Origin: Methanobacteriota archaeon
Lineage (GTDB): Archaea; Thermoplasmatota; Poseidoniia; Poseidoniales; Poseidoniaceae
Assembly: GCA_018662715.1 (NCBI GenBank)
Contig: JABJFP010000114.1
Coordinates: 1 to 32,933, forward strand
Reading direction: 5' to 3'
DNA: 32,933 nt
The position numbers and the translations under genes are program-made. The notes under the pieces are model-generated. The model made no database searches. It was not told where the DNA came from and was given only the letters and a program-made list of their open reading frames with translations. Shown one piece after another: positions 23,082-30,933 of this stretch (position 1 is the first letter of the stretch; the number at the start of each line of letters is the position of its first letter).

Positions 23082-26000
23082 TCATAGGTCAAATGCAGTC
23101 GAGCAGATTGGACACTTGATTCGTTTTAACATCAAATCTTTGACGGTAAACGCCGCATTACATTCTGGACATTGGGCATCCCGCTTTAGTTCAGGTAGAG
23201 GCATACCACCTGGAAGAGGGAGTTCACCGGGTAAGGGGAGTGGTGGGAGTTGTCCCGGAAGCGGAAGTTCGCCAGGCAAGGGCAGCGGAGGTAATTCGCC
23301 CGGAAGTGGGAGTTCGCCAGGCAAGGGCAGCGCTGGAAGTTGGCCGGGGAGCGGCATGGTTGCTACCATCTCTTGCACTTCTCGCCGTTGTTTCCTCTCC
23401 ATACGGCGTTGAAGACGAGCATTTCCTTCACCGTCTTGCACTTTACGTTCCAACTCTTGAGAAAGAGTTGGGTCTTCAATAACAAGTTCATCCTCCATGA
23501 CCGCACTCATTGAATCACCTACAACAAGGACTGAATCTTCACTGTCTACCGAGAGGAGCGGCCCATCATCGTGTTCGGGCTGAATCATGAGTTCAATAGC
23601 GTCTTGGTGGCCTTCCGATACAAGTACAGCGTCGTTTTCTTTGGAATGCGAACGTCTTACTGCAACAATAACACCAACCAAGAAGAGGCTGATGGTGAGG
23701 ATTGCCCCTGCAAGAATGAGACGTTTTGTTGCATCCGTCCCGGGTAGTGGCCCAAGGAGTAAATCAAGTATTGTGCTTGATTCAATCGAGTCTTGGTTTC
23801 CGGCAAGAGACGCTTGCTTGTAGAGCGAGAACACTCCGTTTGTGGAACTCGAACACAGTAATGTGTCCTCTTCCATGGAGCCTATACCGAACAGAATACC
23901 GTCAACGAGTAGATTCGATAGGCCCTTTACGGCTTGCCCATCCTCGTCAGCCACGAGGCCCCAGCGCACAACTGGGCCGTAATAATTGGTTTCGTCATGG
24001 TAAAGATAAACTCCTTCAGAACGCACTTGAAGATGAACTGAAGTTGCACCAGGCGAGAGGAGGTGGTTCGGTTCATTGATCGACCATACCGAATCGGTCA
24101 CCGCAGAGACGACCCTGGCCGTCCTTCCCATGCCCTCAATCCAAGCCCCAACCAATCGGTCTTCTCCATCAACAACAATGACTTCTAACGCAGCTTCGCC
24201 TACATGATCTCCGACAGATGACTGGAACGTCCACGAAGATTCTGTAAATTCGCCATGCGTATACATCAATCCAGCTCGTTTTATGCCGGTAACATCTTCT
24301 CTGTATTCGTGGTAGAGAATGTGAAGGTATTCGTTACCTAAAGCCACGCTAAGTGCGCTTGAATCGGCGTTGCTAATGTCCACATTTGCAAGGACCGTGA
24401 CGGCATTACCCCATGAAGTACCTCGGTCCGGAGTTGATGATGATAGAACAAAAATCGATGTAATGTCTTGCCATGAGCCACCTGTTGAAAGGTCTCGATG
24501 ATATCCAGCCAGAACCATCGTCCCATCGTATTCATCAAACGTAAAGCCATGATACGTGCCTTCTGTGAGTTTCAAAGGTTGCATGTGATAGTGCTTAGCG
24601 GTTGTTTTTCCAGCGGCAGAGATTGACGTCATGGCAATATCTGTCAGCGTGTAACCTTCTGCATTGATGCTACGACGGCTCCATGCCGCTTGGACCAAAC
24701 CATCATCCCGTTGGTAAACGGCTAACTCTCCACCCCAATCGTTTTCGAGCAGAATATCGCCTGGCATTGCAAGGGATGAAGAGATTGTACGGACATGAAG
24801 TTCTCCGTCCCGAGTTGTAAAGAGCAATCCTCCGTCAGGGAGTCCCACGAATTCAAGTGGTGTTTCTTTTGTAGCCAATGAAAGTGGGGATTTTGATCCC
24901 CCTAGATCGAAGTACCCAACTGTGACATTGAAATACAGTTTACTATGCTCAAATTCAACTCCTGAACCCGTGAGGGTTGCTCGGTATGAAACCACTCCTG
25001 GCTCGGAGACCATATCGGCAAACCGAGCGATGCTAGACCCGGAACCTGTTTCCGAACCCGGTACAAGGGTTAGGGTTACATCATTAGGAGAATCAATAGC
25101 AACATAGAGTCCGGTTTCATAATCTTGCTTCGCAAGACTTACTTTGAGGTTGGTTGCTTGTGTTTCACCAAGGTTATCCACTCGGATGTTGATATCAAAA
25201 GGAGCATCAGGGGTTGGGATCACAGGATTTAATCGGGCAGAACCAGGCAAAAAGCGGAGCATAGGTTCAACCGGACGTTCATCGATTTGGAAGGAAAACG
25301 TGTAGGTGTTATCTTCAGGTTTGGGATCGTTTTGTGCATCGGAGGGGTCAATTAGGACACTAACCTCATGGGAGCCCGCTTCAGTAGCCCACCAATACAG
25401 GGTGGTCTGAACCGATTCCCCTTTGGCAAGGCTGGTGATGTCATCAAAAGATGGGTATGTGGCCGAGTCCTCCCCTGGCCCGTCTAATCGGACATAAATG
25501 TCGTTTGCATCCAAATCTCCGCTGTTGCGGATTTCGAAACGAATTTCAAGAATTGAACCTTCCAAAGCAGAATTCACCTGAAGGCCATCGTCAAAAACCA
25601 CCGGTGCTCCCGTAAAGGAGAAGTCTGGGGATGGAGGGATATTGTCTACGATATACGAACGCATGGAAATGTTGCTTTTGAGCCCAGAGGCATTGAGTGC
25701 CCGGATCTTGATGTCCACTTGTCCATCATCAGAAGCGGTTGAGTCCCAATTGAAGTACCAGTTTACGCTTTTTCCGTCTTCATTGGCAACATCAGTTCCA
25801 AATGTCCAATCTCCACGATCAATTTTGAACTCAATGCGCTCTGCCTCAGTTCCCTCAACCATGCCTGTAAATTCAACAAGTCCTGATAATTTCGTCCCTA
25901 ATGAGGGGCCTGTGAAGTTAATGCCCATGTCTACAATAAGATTCTCATCTGTCACTTCCCCTCCACATTCATCGGCACCTAAAACAAAATCAAGGGCGCA

Positions 26001-27731
26001 AGCAGCATCTACAAGTCCAAAGCCCCATTTGTCATTCCAACGGTCAGAAACAGATGGCTCAGATGCAATTGGTTCACCTGGCTGACTCCTTGACTCGGAT
26101 GAATTTCGTAGAATGTCTTTTATTTCCTCGGGGGTGAGTTCACTATCTGCTTGAAGCATTGCGGCAACGATTCCGGAAACAACTGGCGTAGCCATACTGG
26201 TTCCGCTCTTTGAGTCGTATTCATTATCTGCAAGTGGCCTGTCTGGCTGGCCGGGAATACTTGTACCAATTGCTGCTGAGGCAGAAATAATGTTGCTACC
26301 AAAGGCCGTGATGTCAGGTTTTAATTCATCCCAATCATCATCGTCTCCATCATCCAAACGAGGACCATAATTACTGTAATCTGCGAGGACATCATTCGTT
26401 CTGTTGACTGAATTTCGGTCATCTACGGAACCTATTGAAATCGCCCCATCAGCACTGGCTGGAGATGGTACCCGTTGATTTCCGTCATTCCCCATGGCTA
26501 CGATGCATGCGATTCCGTTCGTAGTTGCAGTATTAACGAGACGAGCCTCAGCCCCTGAACCATTATCTCCATCATCATCTGGATTGAGAGGCGAGGAGAC
26601 TGAACCAAACGACATTGAGGCGACATCAATACCCTTTGCAGAACCGTTACCCGGCCAATCTGTGTCCTTATTGTTAATCATCCATTGCATTCCGCTAATG
26701 GATGCTTGTGAGTTTGTGCCGCCGGAATCAGTGAGGACCTTGATATCAACAAGATAGGCTCCCATTCCGGTTCCGGTGTGTTCGCGATTAGAACCGCCTG
26801 TCCCAATCGCAGTTGCTGCGACGTGAGTGCCGTGGCCTTGCCCGTCATCTGGGTCATCCGTCCCATCGTTGTTTGAACTTGCAGATGTCGCATCGAATCC
26901 AGCGACCCATTTTTGATCATCATAGCTGGTGGCATCACCATCGGGTTCATCGCCCAAATCATCAAAATCGTTGAGAGCACGGTGTTCGTTATCTACGCCG
27001 GTATCCAAGACAGCCACAACGACTCCCACACCGTTATAGCCACGCTCATATGTGCTGTTAGAGTAAGTGTCAGAGGGCATCGACTTTGCTGCTTTGGATG
27101 CGACTCCATTGAAGGGAACCATCACGTTTTGCATTTCGATGACGACAACCCCTTGGAGGTGGTAGATATCCATGAGTGCACTCACAGGAACCTTGTCCAG
27201 AACCACCGCATCGAGGGAATCCAAGACCTGATACCAAGCACCTCGGTCTTCTCCAATCCAGCCATGACTCTCAAGAACTCGTTCTAAATCCTCAAGTTCC
27301 TCGGCTTGTGGCCTCCAAGCATAATCAACGACAATGGCCACAGTCTTTCTCCCATCATCACCGATGATGGACGTTGGAGAGATGGACTCTTGGCCGCTAA
27401 TGACACGCTGTAGGCGGTCATCCATTCCGTTCCAATCCAAATCGGGACCGTAAGCAAGCCACCACATCGAGTCTTCTGATGATGCACGGTCACCTCGGTC
27501 AATCATGCGTGTTGGACGCAAGCAGAGTTCTTCGTCGCACATCAATGGAGGAAGAGAATCAATCAGAATTGGGTCTGTAAAACCGACCTCTTCATCCGCC
27601 GCAGGTTCTTGAGCAAGGGCCATCCCGCTAACATCAGCAATTAAGACGATGAGAGCAAACAAATATGCGGCTCTGCGGTGCGAATTTGTTGCAGAAGATG
27701 TTCTCTCCATTCGCCTCACTATTTCTTGCAT
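23082..27731 (-). CDS. Giant membrane-anchored subtilisin-like (S8) serine protease with CARDB-like domains, C-terminal TM anchor, and a cytoplasmic proline-repeat tail ending in a zinc ribbon
   Basis: The catalytic triad sits in the canonical context: VAVLDTGVD (Asp), GHGTHVAATAIG (His), SGTSMATPVVSGIVAAM (Ser). Signal peptide with an RR (SHRRAAYLFALIVLIADVSGMALA). CARDB-like segments are present (EIRNSGDLDANDIYV...IDPSDAQNDPKPEDN). There is one Asp-box-like TPDRGTSW. TM helix LILAGAILTISLFLVGVIVAV (23658-23720). The tail is 191 aa. ATG 27731 is preceded by a G7 tract 5 nt upstream; the track start GTG 27758 is less likely. Confidence 0.9.
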   Translation of the reverse strand: MQEIVRRMERTSSATNSHRRAAYLFALIVLIADVSGMALAQEPAADEEVGFTDPILIDSLPPLMCDEELCLRPTRMIDRGDRASSEDSMWWLAYGPDLDWNGMDDRLQRVISGQESISPTSIIGDDGRKTVAIVVDYAWRPQAEELEDLERVLESHGWIGEDRGAWYQVLDSLDAVVLDKVPVSALMDIYHLQGVVVIEMQNVMVPFNGVASKAAKSMPSDTYSNSTYERGYNGVGVVVAVLDTGVDNEHRALNDFDDLGDEPDGDATSYDDQKWVAGFDATSASSNNDGTDDPDDGQGHGTHVAATAIGTGGSNREHTGTGMGAYLVDIKVLTDSGGTNSQASISGMQWMINNKDTDWPGNGSAKGIDVASMSFGSVSSPLNPDDDGDNGSGAEARLVNTATTNGIACIVAMGNDGNQRVPSPASADGAISIGSVDDRNSVNRTNDVLADYSNYGPRLDDGDDDDWDELKPDITAFGSNIISASAAIGTSIPGQPDRPLADNEYDSKSGTSMATPVVSGIVAAMLQADSELTPEEIKDILRNSSESRSQPGEPIASEPSVSDRWNDKWGFGLVDAACALDFVLGADECGGEVTDENLIVDMGINFTGPSLGTKLSGLVEFTGMVEGTEAERIEFKIDRGDWTFGTDVANEDGKSVNWYFNWDSTASDDGQVDIKIRALNASGLKSNISMRSYIVDNIPPSPDFSFTGAPVVFDDGLQVNSALEGSILEIRFEIRNSGDLDANDIYVRLDGPGEDSATYPSFDDITSLAKGESVQTTLYWWATEAGSHEVSVLIDPSDAQNDPKPEDNTYTFSFQIDERPVEPMLRFLPGSARLNPVIPTPDAPFDINIRVDNLGETQATNLKVSLAKQDYETGLYVAIDSPNDVTLTLVPGSETGSGSSIARFADMVSEPGVVSYRATLTGSGVEFEHSKLYFNVTVGYFDLGGSKSPLSLATKETPLEFVGLPDGGLLFTTRDGELHVRTISSSLAMPGDILLENDWGGELAVYQRDDGLVQAAWSRRSINAEGYTLTDIAMTSISAAGKTTAKHYHMQPLKLTEGTYHGFTFDEYDGTMVLAGYHRDLSTGGSWQDITSIFVLSSSTPDRGTSWGNAVTVLANVDISNADSSALSVALGNEYLHILYHEYREDVTGIKRAGLMYTHGEFTESSWTFQSSVGDHVGEAALEVIVVDGEDRLVGAWIEGMGRTARVVSAVTDSVWSINEPNHLLSPGATSVHLQVRSEGVYLYHDETNYYGPVVRWGLVADEDGQAVKGLSNLLVDGILFGIGSMEEDTLLCSSSTNGVFSLYKQASLAGNQDSIESSTILDLLLGPLPGTDATKRLILAGAILTISLFLVGVIVAVRRSHSKENDAVLVSEGHQDAIELMIQPEHDDGPLLSVDSEDSVLVVGDSMSAVMEDELVIEDPTLSQELERKVQDGEGNARLQRRMERKQRREVQEMVATMPLPGQLPALPLPGELPLPGELPPLPLPGELPLPGQLPPLPLPGELPLPGGMPLPELKRDAQCPECNAAFTVKDLMLKRIKCPICSTAFDL
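23103..23171 (-). other. C-terminal zinc-ribbon motif of the S8 protease
   Basis: CPECNAAFTVKDLMLKRIKCPIC (CxxC-x15-CxxC), 6 residues from the C-terminus and on the cytoplasmic side of the TM anchor. Confidence 0.7.
23190..23357 (-). repeat. In-frame proline-rich tandem repeat (PLPGELP units; 45-nt / 15-aa super-period)
   Basis: Encodes MPLPGQLPALPLPGELPLPGELPPLPLPGELPLPGQLPPLPLPGELPLPGGMPLPE. The 22-nt string agttcgccaggcaagggcagcg occurs twice on the plus strand (23266-23287 and 23311-23332). Confidence 0.9.
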
Positions 27732-27827
27732 GACAACCCCCCCTTTGAGCCTATCCACTTTTGGGGCTTTGATGATATGGTATCAAGTCACCGGAAAAGC
27801 CATCCAAAAAGGAGCGGAATTCCATCC

Positions 27828-28916
27828 TCAAGACGGAGGCCATTCAAAATGTGAACTTGATGCAGAACACTGCAACCGAGGACCTGATTGTCGCTCTACT
27901 AATCCCAAGGCGCCGTTGCATGTTGGACATGACCCTGCATCAGCAATGTGCTCCATCCAAGCCATCCGTGTTTCGGGTTCGTCGCCAGCTTGAAGTAAAT
28001 TTTTGAAAGGCTCCCGCAGGTGTTTTGGAATGGCGATTCCACGTTCAGTCCACGGGTCTGTGAGTTCATCAAGAGCGATCATTGTGGCTTTCATCTTGCG
28101 AAGCCTTGCCGAGACTGCATCTTGGCCACTCGGACCTCCATCAATCACTCCGAGTTCAACGGGACCTCCGCGAGCAATGAATGGCAAACAGGCATAAGCA
28201 GCAACAAAGCCACCAATGTGTGCCATGTGTGCGATGCCGCTGGATTGCCCTGAATCCATTGTTGAAAGTGCGCGAATGAGTTCCATTCCAAAGTACAGTA
28301 ATGCAATAAAAACAACTGGCCAAGGCCGAATCAAAAGGAGAGGGAATGGAATTTCATCCTTTGGCCAACCTGAAAGGTAAGCCCCTAGGAGGCCAAATGC
28401 GGCCCCTGATGCACCGAGAGCCATGGTGGTTGAACCTGCATTAAACACCGTCCAGCACAACGAGCCGCCGAGGAGGCCAACAAGGTAAACACAGGCAAAT
28501 CGGCCCCTCCCCAAACGCTGCTCCAGTGGAACTCCAACCAAGGCAAGAATAATGACATTGCCAAGAACGTGGGTAAGGTCACCTTGGCTGTGAAGAAATC
28601 CTGCTGAAATTAAGGTGTGCCAAAAGTTTGGAGTTCCTGTCGTTCGTGCAGGAACGAGGACAAAATCTGACCAAACCCAATAATAAACAATATCCCATGA
28701 AGCGAGAAGAGCCCATAATACCTGAACTATCGAGCCAAGGAGAACGCTGACCGTGATTCCCATTGCCAACGAAGTATCGGTCCTGAATGCATATACAATC
28801 GGAATCGTAATGGCCATCATCCACAGAACCAAAACGGACAATTCCGCTGGACTGAAGACGCTCACGGCAAAGGCCATGGCTACCGCTTGAGGTGGTCCTC
28901 TTTGGAGTTGATGCAT
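27828..28916 (-). CDS. Rhomboid-family intramembrane serine protease with a C-terminal soluble extension of about 110 aa ending in a zinc-ribbon-like motif
   Basis: Rhomboid signatures appear in order: FLHSQGDLTHVLGNVII (H-x4-H-x3-N, TM2), ALGASGAAFGLLGAY (GxSG catalytic Ser, TM4), HMAHIGGFVAAY (catalytic His, TM6). One extra N-terminal TM is present. ATG 28916 is preferred because the track's TTG 28961 lies 5 nt from the divergent gene. ATG 28877 is also possible. Confidence 0.85.
   Translation of the reverse strand: MHQLQRGPPQAVAMAFAVSVFSPAELSVLVLWMMAITIPIVYAFRTDTSLAMGITVSVLLGSIVQVLWALLASWDIVYYWVWSDFVLVPARTTGTPNFWHTLISAGFLHSQGDLTHVLGNVIILALVGVPLEQRLGRGRFACVYLVGLLGGSLCWTVFNAGSTTMALGASGAAFGLLGAYLSGWPKDEIPFPLLLIRPWPVVFIALLYFGMELIRALSTMDSGQSSGIAHMAHIGGFVAAYACLPFIARGGPVELGVIDGGPSGQDAVSARLRKMKATMIALDELTDPWTERGIAIPKHLREPFKNLLQAGDEPETRMAWMEHIADAGSCPTCNGALGLVERQSGPRLQCSASSSHFEWPPS
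27849..27929 (-). other. C-terminal zinc-ribbon-like motif of the rhomboid protease
   Basis: CPTCNGALGLVERQSGPRLQCSASSSH (CxxC-x16-C-x5-H). Its first knuckle, CPxCN[AG]A, is the same as in the adjacent S8 protease. Confidence 0.5.
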
Positions 28917-28966
28917 GATTCCAAGCGAATAGGAGGGTTCATCCTTGACCCCCAAGTGCAAGAGCC

Positions 28967-30190
28967 ATGGCGAGGACCCTTGTTGAAGCGGTCGGTATCG
29001 AAGTTCGTCGCGGCATGGGTGTTGTGTTATCCAATCACCACCTTGAATTGAATCAGGGCGACATCATGGTCTTAGAAGGGGCAAACGGTTCGGGAAAATC
29101 TACCCTCATCGAGGCCGTAGCGAGACTTCTCCCTCTGGAAAAAGGGCATATCTCCCACGGTGAACATCTGGTTGTAGACCACGAAGGGCGCCGAAAACCC
29201 TCGCCGTTAAATGTCTCACTCGTCCTTCAAAAAAACGGATTGCTCGGCTGTGAGCGAGTTCAAGAACATCTCGATATCGCCATGAGAATGACCGGCTCAA
29301 CGATTGATTCAACACACTTTCTTGAGGCCTTTTCCCTCACCCATCGTGCCAGTGACAACATCTCGAACTTATCCCAGGGTCAGGCAAGAAAGGTCGCTGT
29401 ACTTTCAGCACTCCTTCCCGCATTTGCAAGTTCTGAACCCTGTATTGTCCTCATGGATGAGCCCGATGCCGGTTTAGATGACCGTTCTATGGACGCTTTA
29501 TGTGGCTGGATTACCGAGTTGAATCATCTCGGACACGGCCTCATCATCAGTACGCATGATGAGCGAATAAAGTCACTAGCTACGGTCCGACATCACCTCC
29601 CGGATGGAACCACTACTGCCGTTCAAAATGAGAACCATGAAACCAAGTTATCTCCTCAACGACCGAATTCCCAACAAACACAAATTACACCGGGGCAATT
29701 CGGCTGGAACATGCAATGGCGGACTTTAGCATGGTTGAACCAAAATGCAATGGCTGCCCTACTGACTTTGGGAATTCTTCTTTCTTTAGGGGAACTAAGC
29801 GATAACCTCACTGAAATGCAGCAACTTGGCTTCATTTTAGCCCCAGCCTTGGCCGCTGGATTATGTGGTGATGCCATGGTGGCCATGTGTCGCGAGGAAC
29901 GAACTGCATCTTGGTGGTACTGCGTAGGTACTGGAACTCCTCACTCGGGAATGTTGCCTTTCCTCCTGGGTGGAGGCATTACGCTCCTGTCAAGTATCGC
30001 TCACACTGGCAGCATTGAATTGAACACAATGGTGATTGGAGCCATATTGACCGGATGTGTCGCTCACCTACTTAGATTCGCACAACAAAGTACAGAACGC
30101 CTTGCCCGCCCGCAGGCTGTATTCATTGGCCTGCTCACACCTGTTCTGATTTTGCCATATGCATTGTTATTGGATCTGTTGACCCGTTAA
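28967..30190 (+). CDS. ccmA: ABC-transporter ATPase (CcmA-like heme exporter subunit) fused to a C-terminal multi-TM domain
   Basis: Walker A GANGSGKST. Signature LSQGQARKVAV. Walker B IVLMDEPDAGLD. H-loop ISTHD. Residues from about 245 to 407 contain 4-5 hydrophobic helices. The CcmA assignment rests mainly on ccmC and ccmD following directly downstream. Confidence 0.7.
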   Translation: MARTLVEAVGIEVRRGMGVVLSNHHLELNQGDIMVLEGANGSGKSTLIEAVARLLPLEKGHISHGEHLVVDHEGRRKPSPLNVSLVLQKNGLLGCERVQEHLDIAMRMTGSTIDSTHFLEAFSLTHRASDNISNLSQGQARKVAVLSALLPAFASSEPCIVLMDEPDAGLDDRSMDALCGWITELNHLGHGLIISTHDERIKSLATVRHHLPDGTTTAVQNENHETKLSPQRPNSQQTQITPGQFGWNMQWRTLAWLNQNAMAALLTLGILLSLGELSDNLTEMQQLGFILAPALAAGLCGDAMVAMCREERTASWWYCVGTGTPHSGMLPFLLGGGITLLSSIAHTGSIELNTMVIGAILTGCVAHLLRFAQQSTERLARPQAVFIGLLTPVLILPYALLLDLLTR

Positions 30191-30230
30191 CACAACCACC
30201 TTCAAGAAGGGCGGCCATCCCCATTAAACC

Positions 30231-30932
30231 ATGAAGATGAAGGTCGGAGAGGCTCTCCTACTCTTCGGATTCATCGGCATTGCTACAACGATGTTGCTTG
30301 CATTTTTGTGGGCTCCAAGCGTATCCATCAACGCCTTTGAGTCACCAGCCGCACAGCGAATTTTTTACTGGCACGTCCCATCAGCATGGGCTGCATTTAT
30401 CGCATTTGGAGCCCTTTTTGTTGGTTCAGTAGGATGGATGTTCAAGCGTTCAGAACTGATGTGGAGGATTCACATCGCAGGAAGCGAAGCTGGCTTAGCC
30501 ACCGGCCTGATGACCGTCTGGTCGGGTTGTGTCTGGGGGGCTGCAGAATGGGGGACTCCTTGGGATTGGAGTGATGTAAGATTGAACACTTTTGGCCTAC
30601 TTACGCTTCTTGCTATCTATCTCGTATTGGGGCGAAACAGTCAACCGGATGGGGTTGAAACTCGAGATACATTTGCTGCATTCGGACTCTATGGATTCAT
30701 CTTAGTTCCATTCACTTATGTCGCCACTCGGATATGGTCCATCCGCCACCCGGGACCGGTCATCGGTACTGATGACGGAGGTTCACTCAACGCGGACATG
30801 GGGCTCATCTTGCTGTTTGGGACCCTTTCATTCACATTGCTCATCTTCGGGCATATGCTCACATCAATGCGAATAACTTCGTTTGAACAACGCATTGAAG
30901 CACTTCAAATTCAATTGGATGGAGGAAAATAA
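30231..30932 (+). CDS. ccmC: Heme exporter / cytochrome c maturation protein CcmC
   Basis: Trp-rich WWD motif WGAAEWGTPWDWSDVRLNT. Conserved His context YWHVPSAW. Six TM segments, 233 aa. Confidence 0.9.
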   Translation: MKMKVGEALLLFGFIGIATTMLLAFLWAPSVSINAFESPAAQRIFYWHVPSAWAAFIAFGALFVGSVGWMFKRSELMWRIHIAGSEAGLATGLMTVWSGCVWGAAEWGTPWDWSDVRLNTFGLLTLLAIYLVLGRNSQPDGVETRDTFAAFGLYGFILVPFTYVATRIWSIRHPGPVIGTDDGGSLNADMGLILLFGTLSFTLLIFGHMLTSMRITSFEQRIEALQIQLDGGK

Positions 30933-30933
30933 G

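Noticed and set aside
25642-26085. 147-aa plus-strand ORF inside the S8 protease gene. Similar cases are 23116-23412, 23587-23823 and 26913-27287.
   Set aside because: These are antisense to strongly supported protease sequence, including the catalytic Ser region. The products are low-complexity. The 23116-23412 ORF is simply the reverse frame of the proline repeat (GSSPGKGSGG...).
27759-27827. TGATGA (box C-like) sequence and weak inverted repeats in the rhomboid/S8 spacer, considered as a C/D-box sRNA or terminator.
   Set aside because: No box D (CTGA) lies at an appropriate distance on either strand. The stems are only 5-6 bp with large loops.
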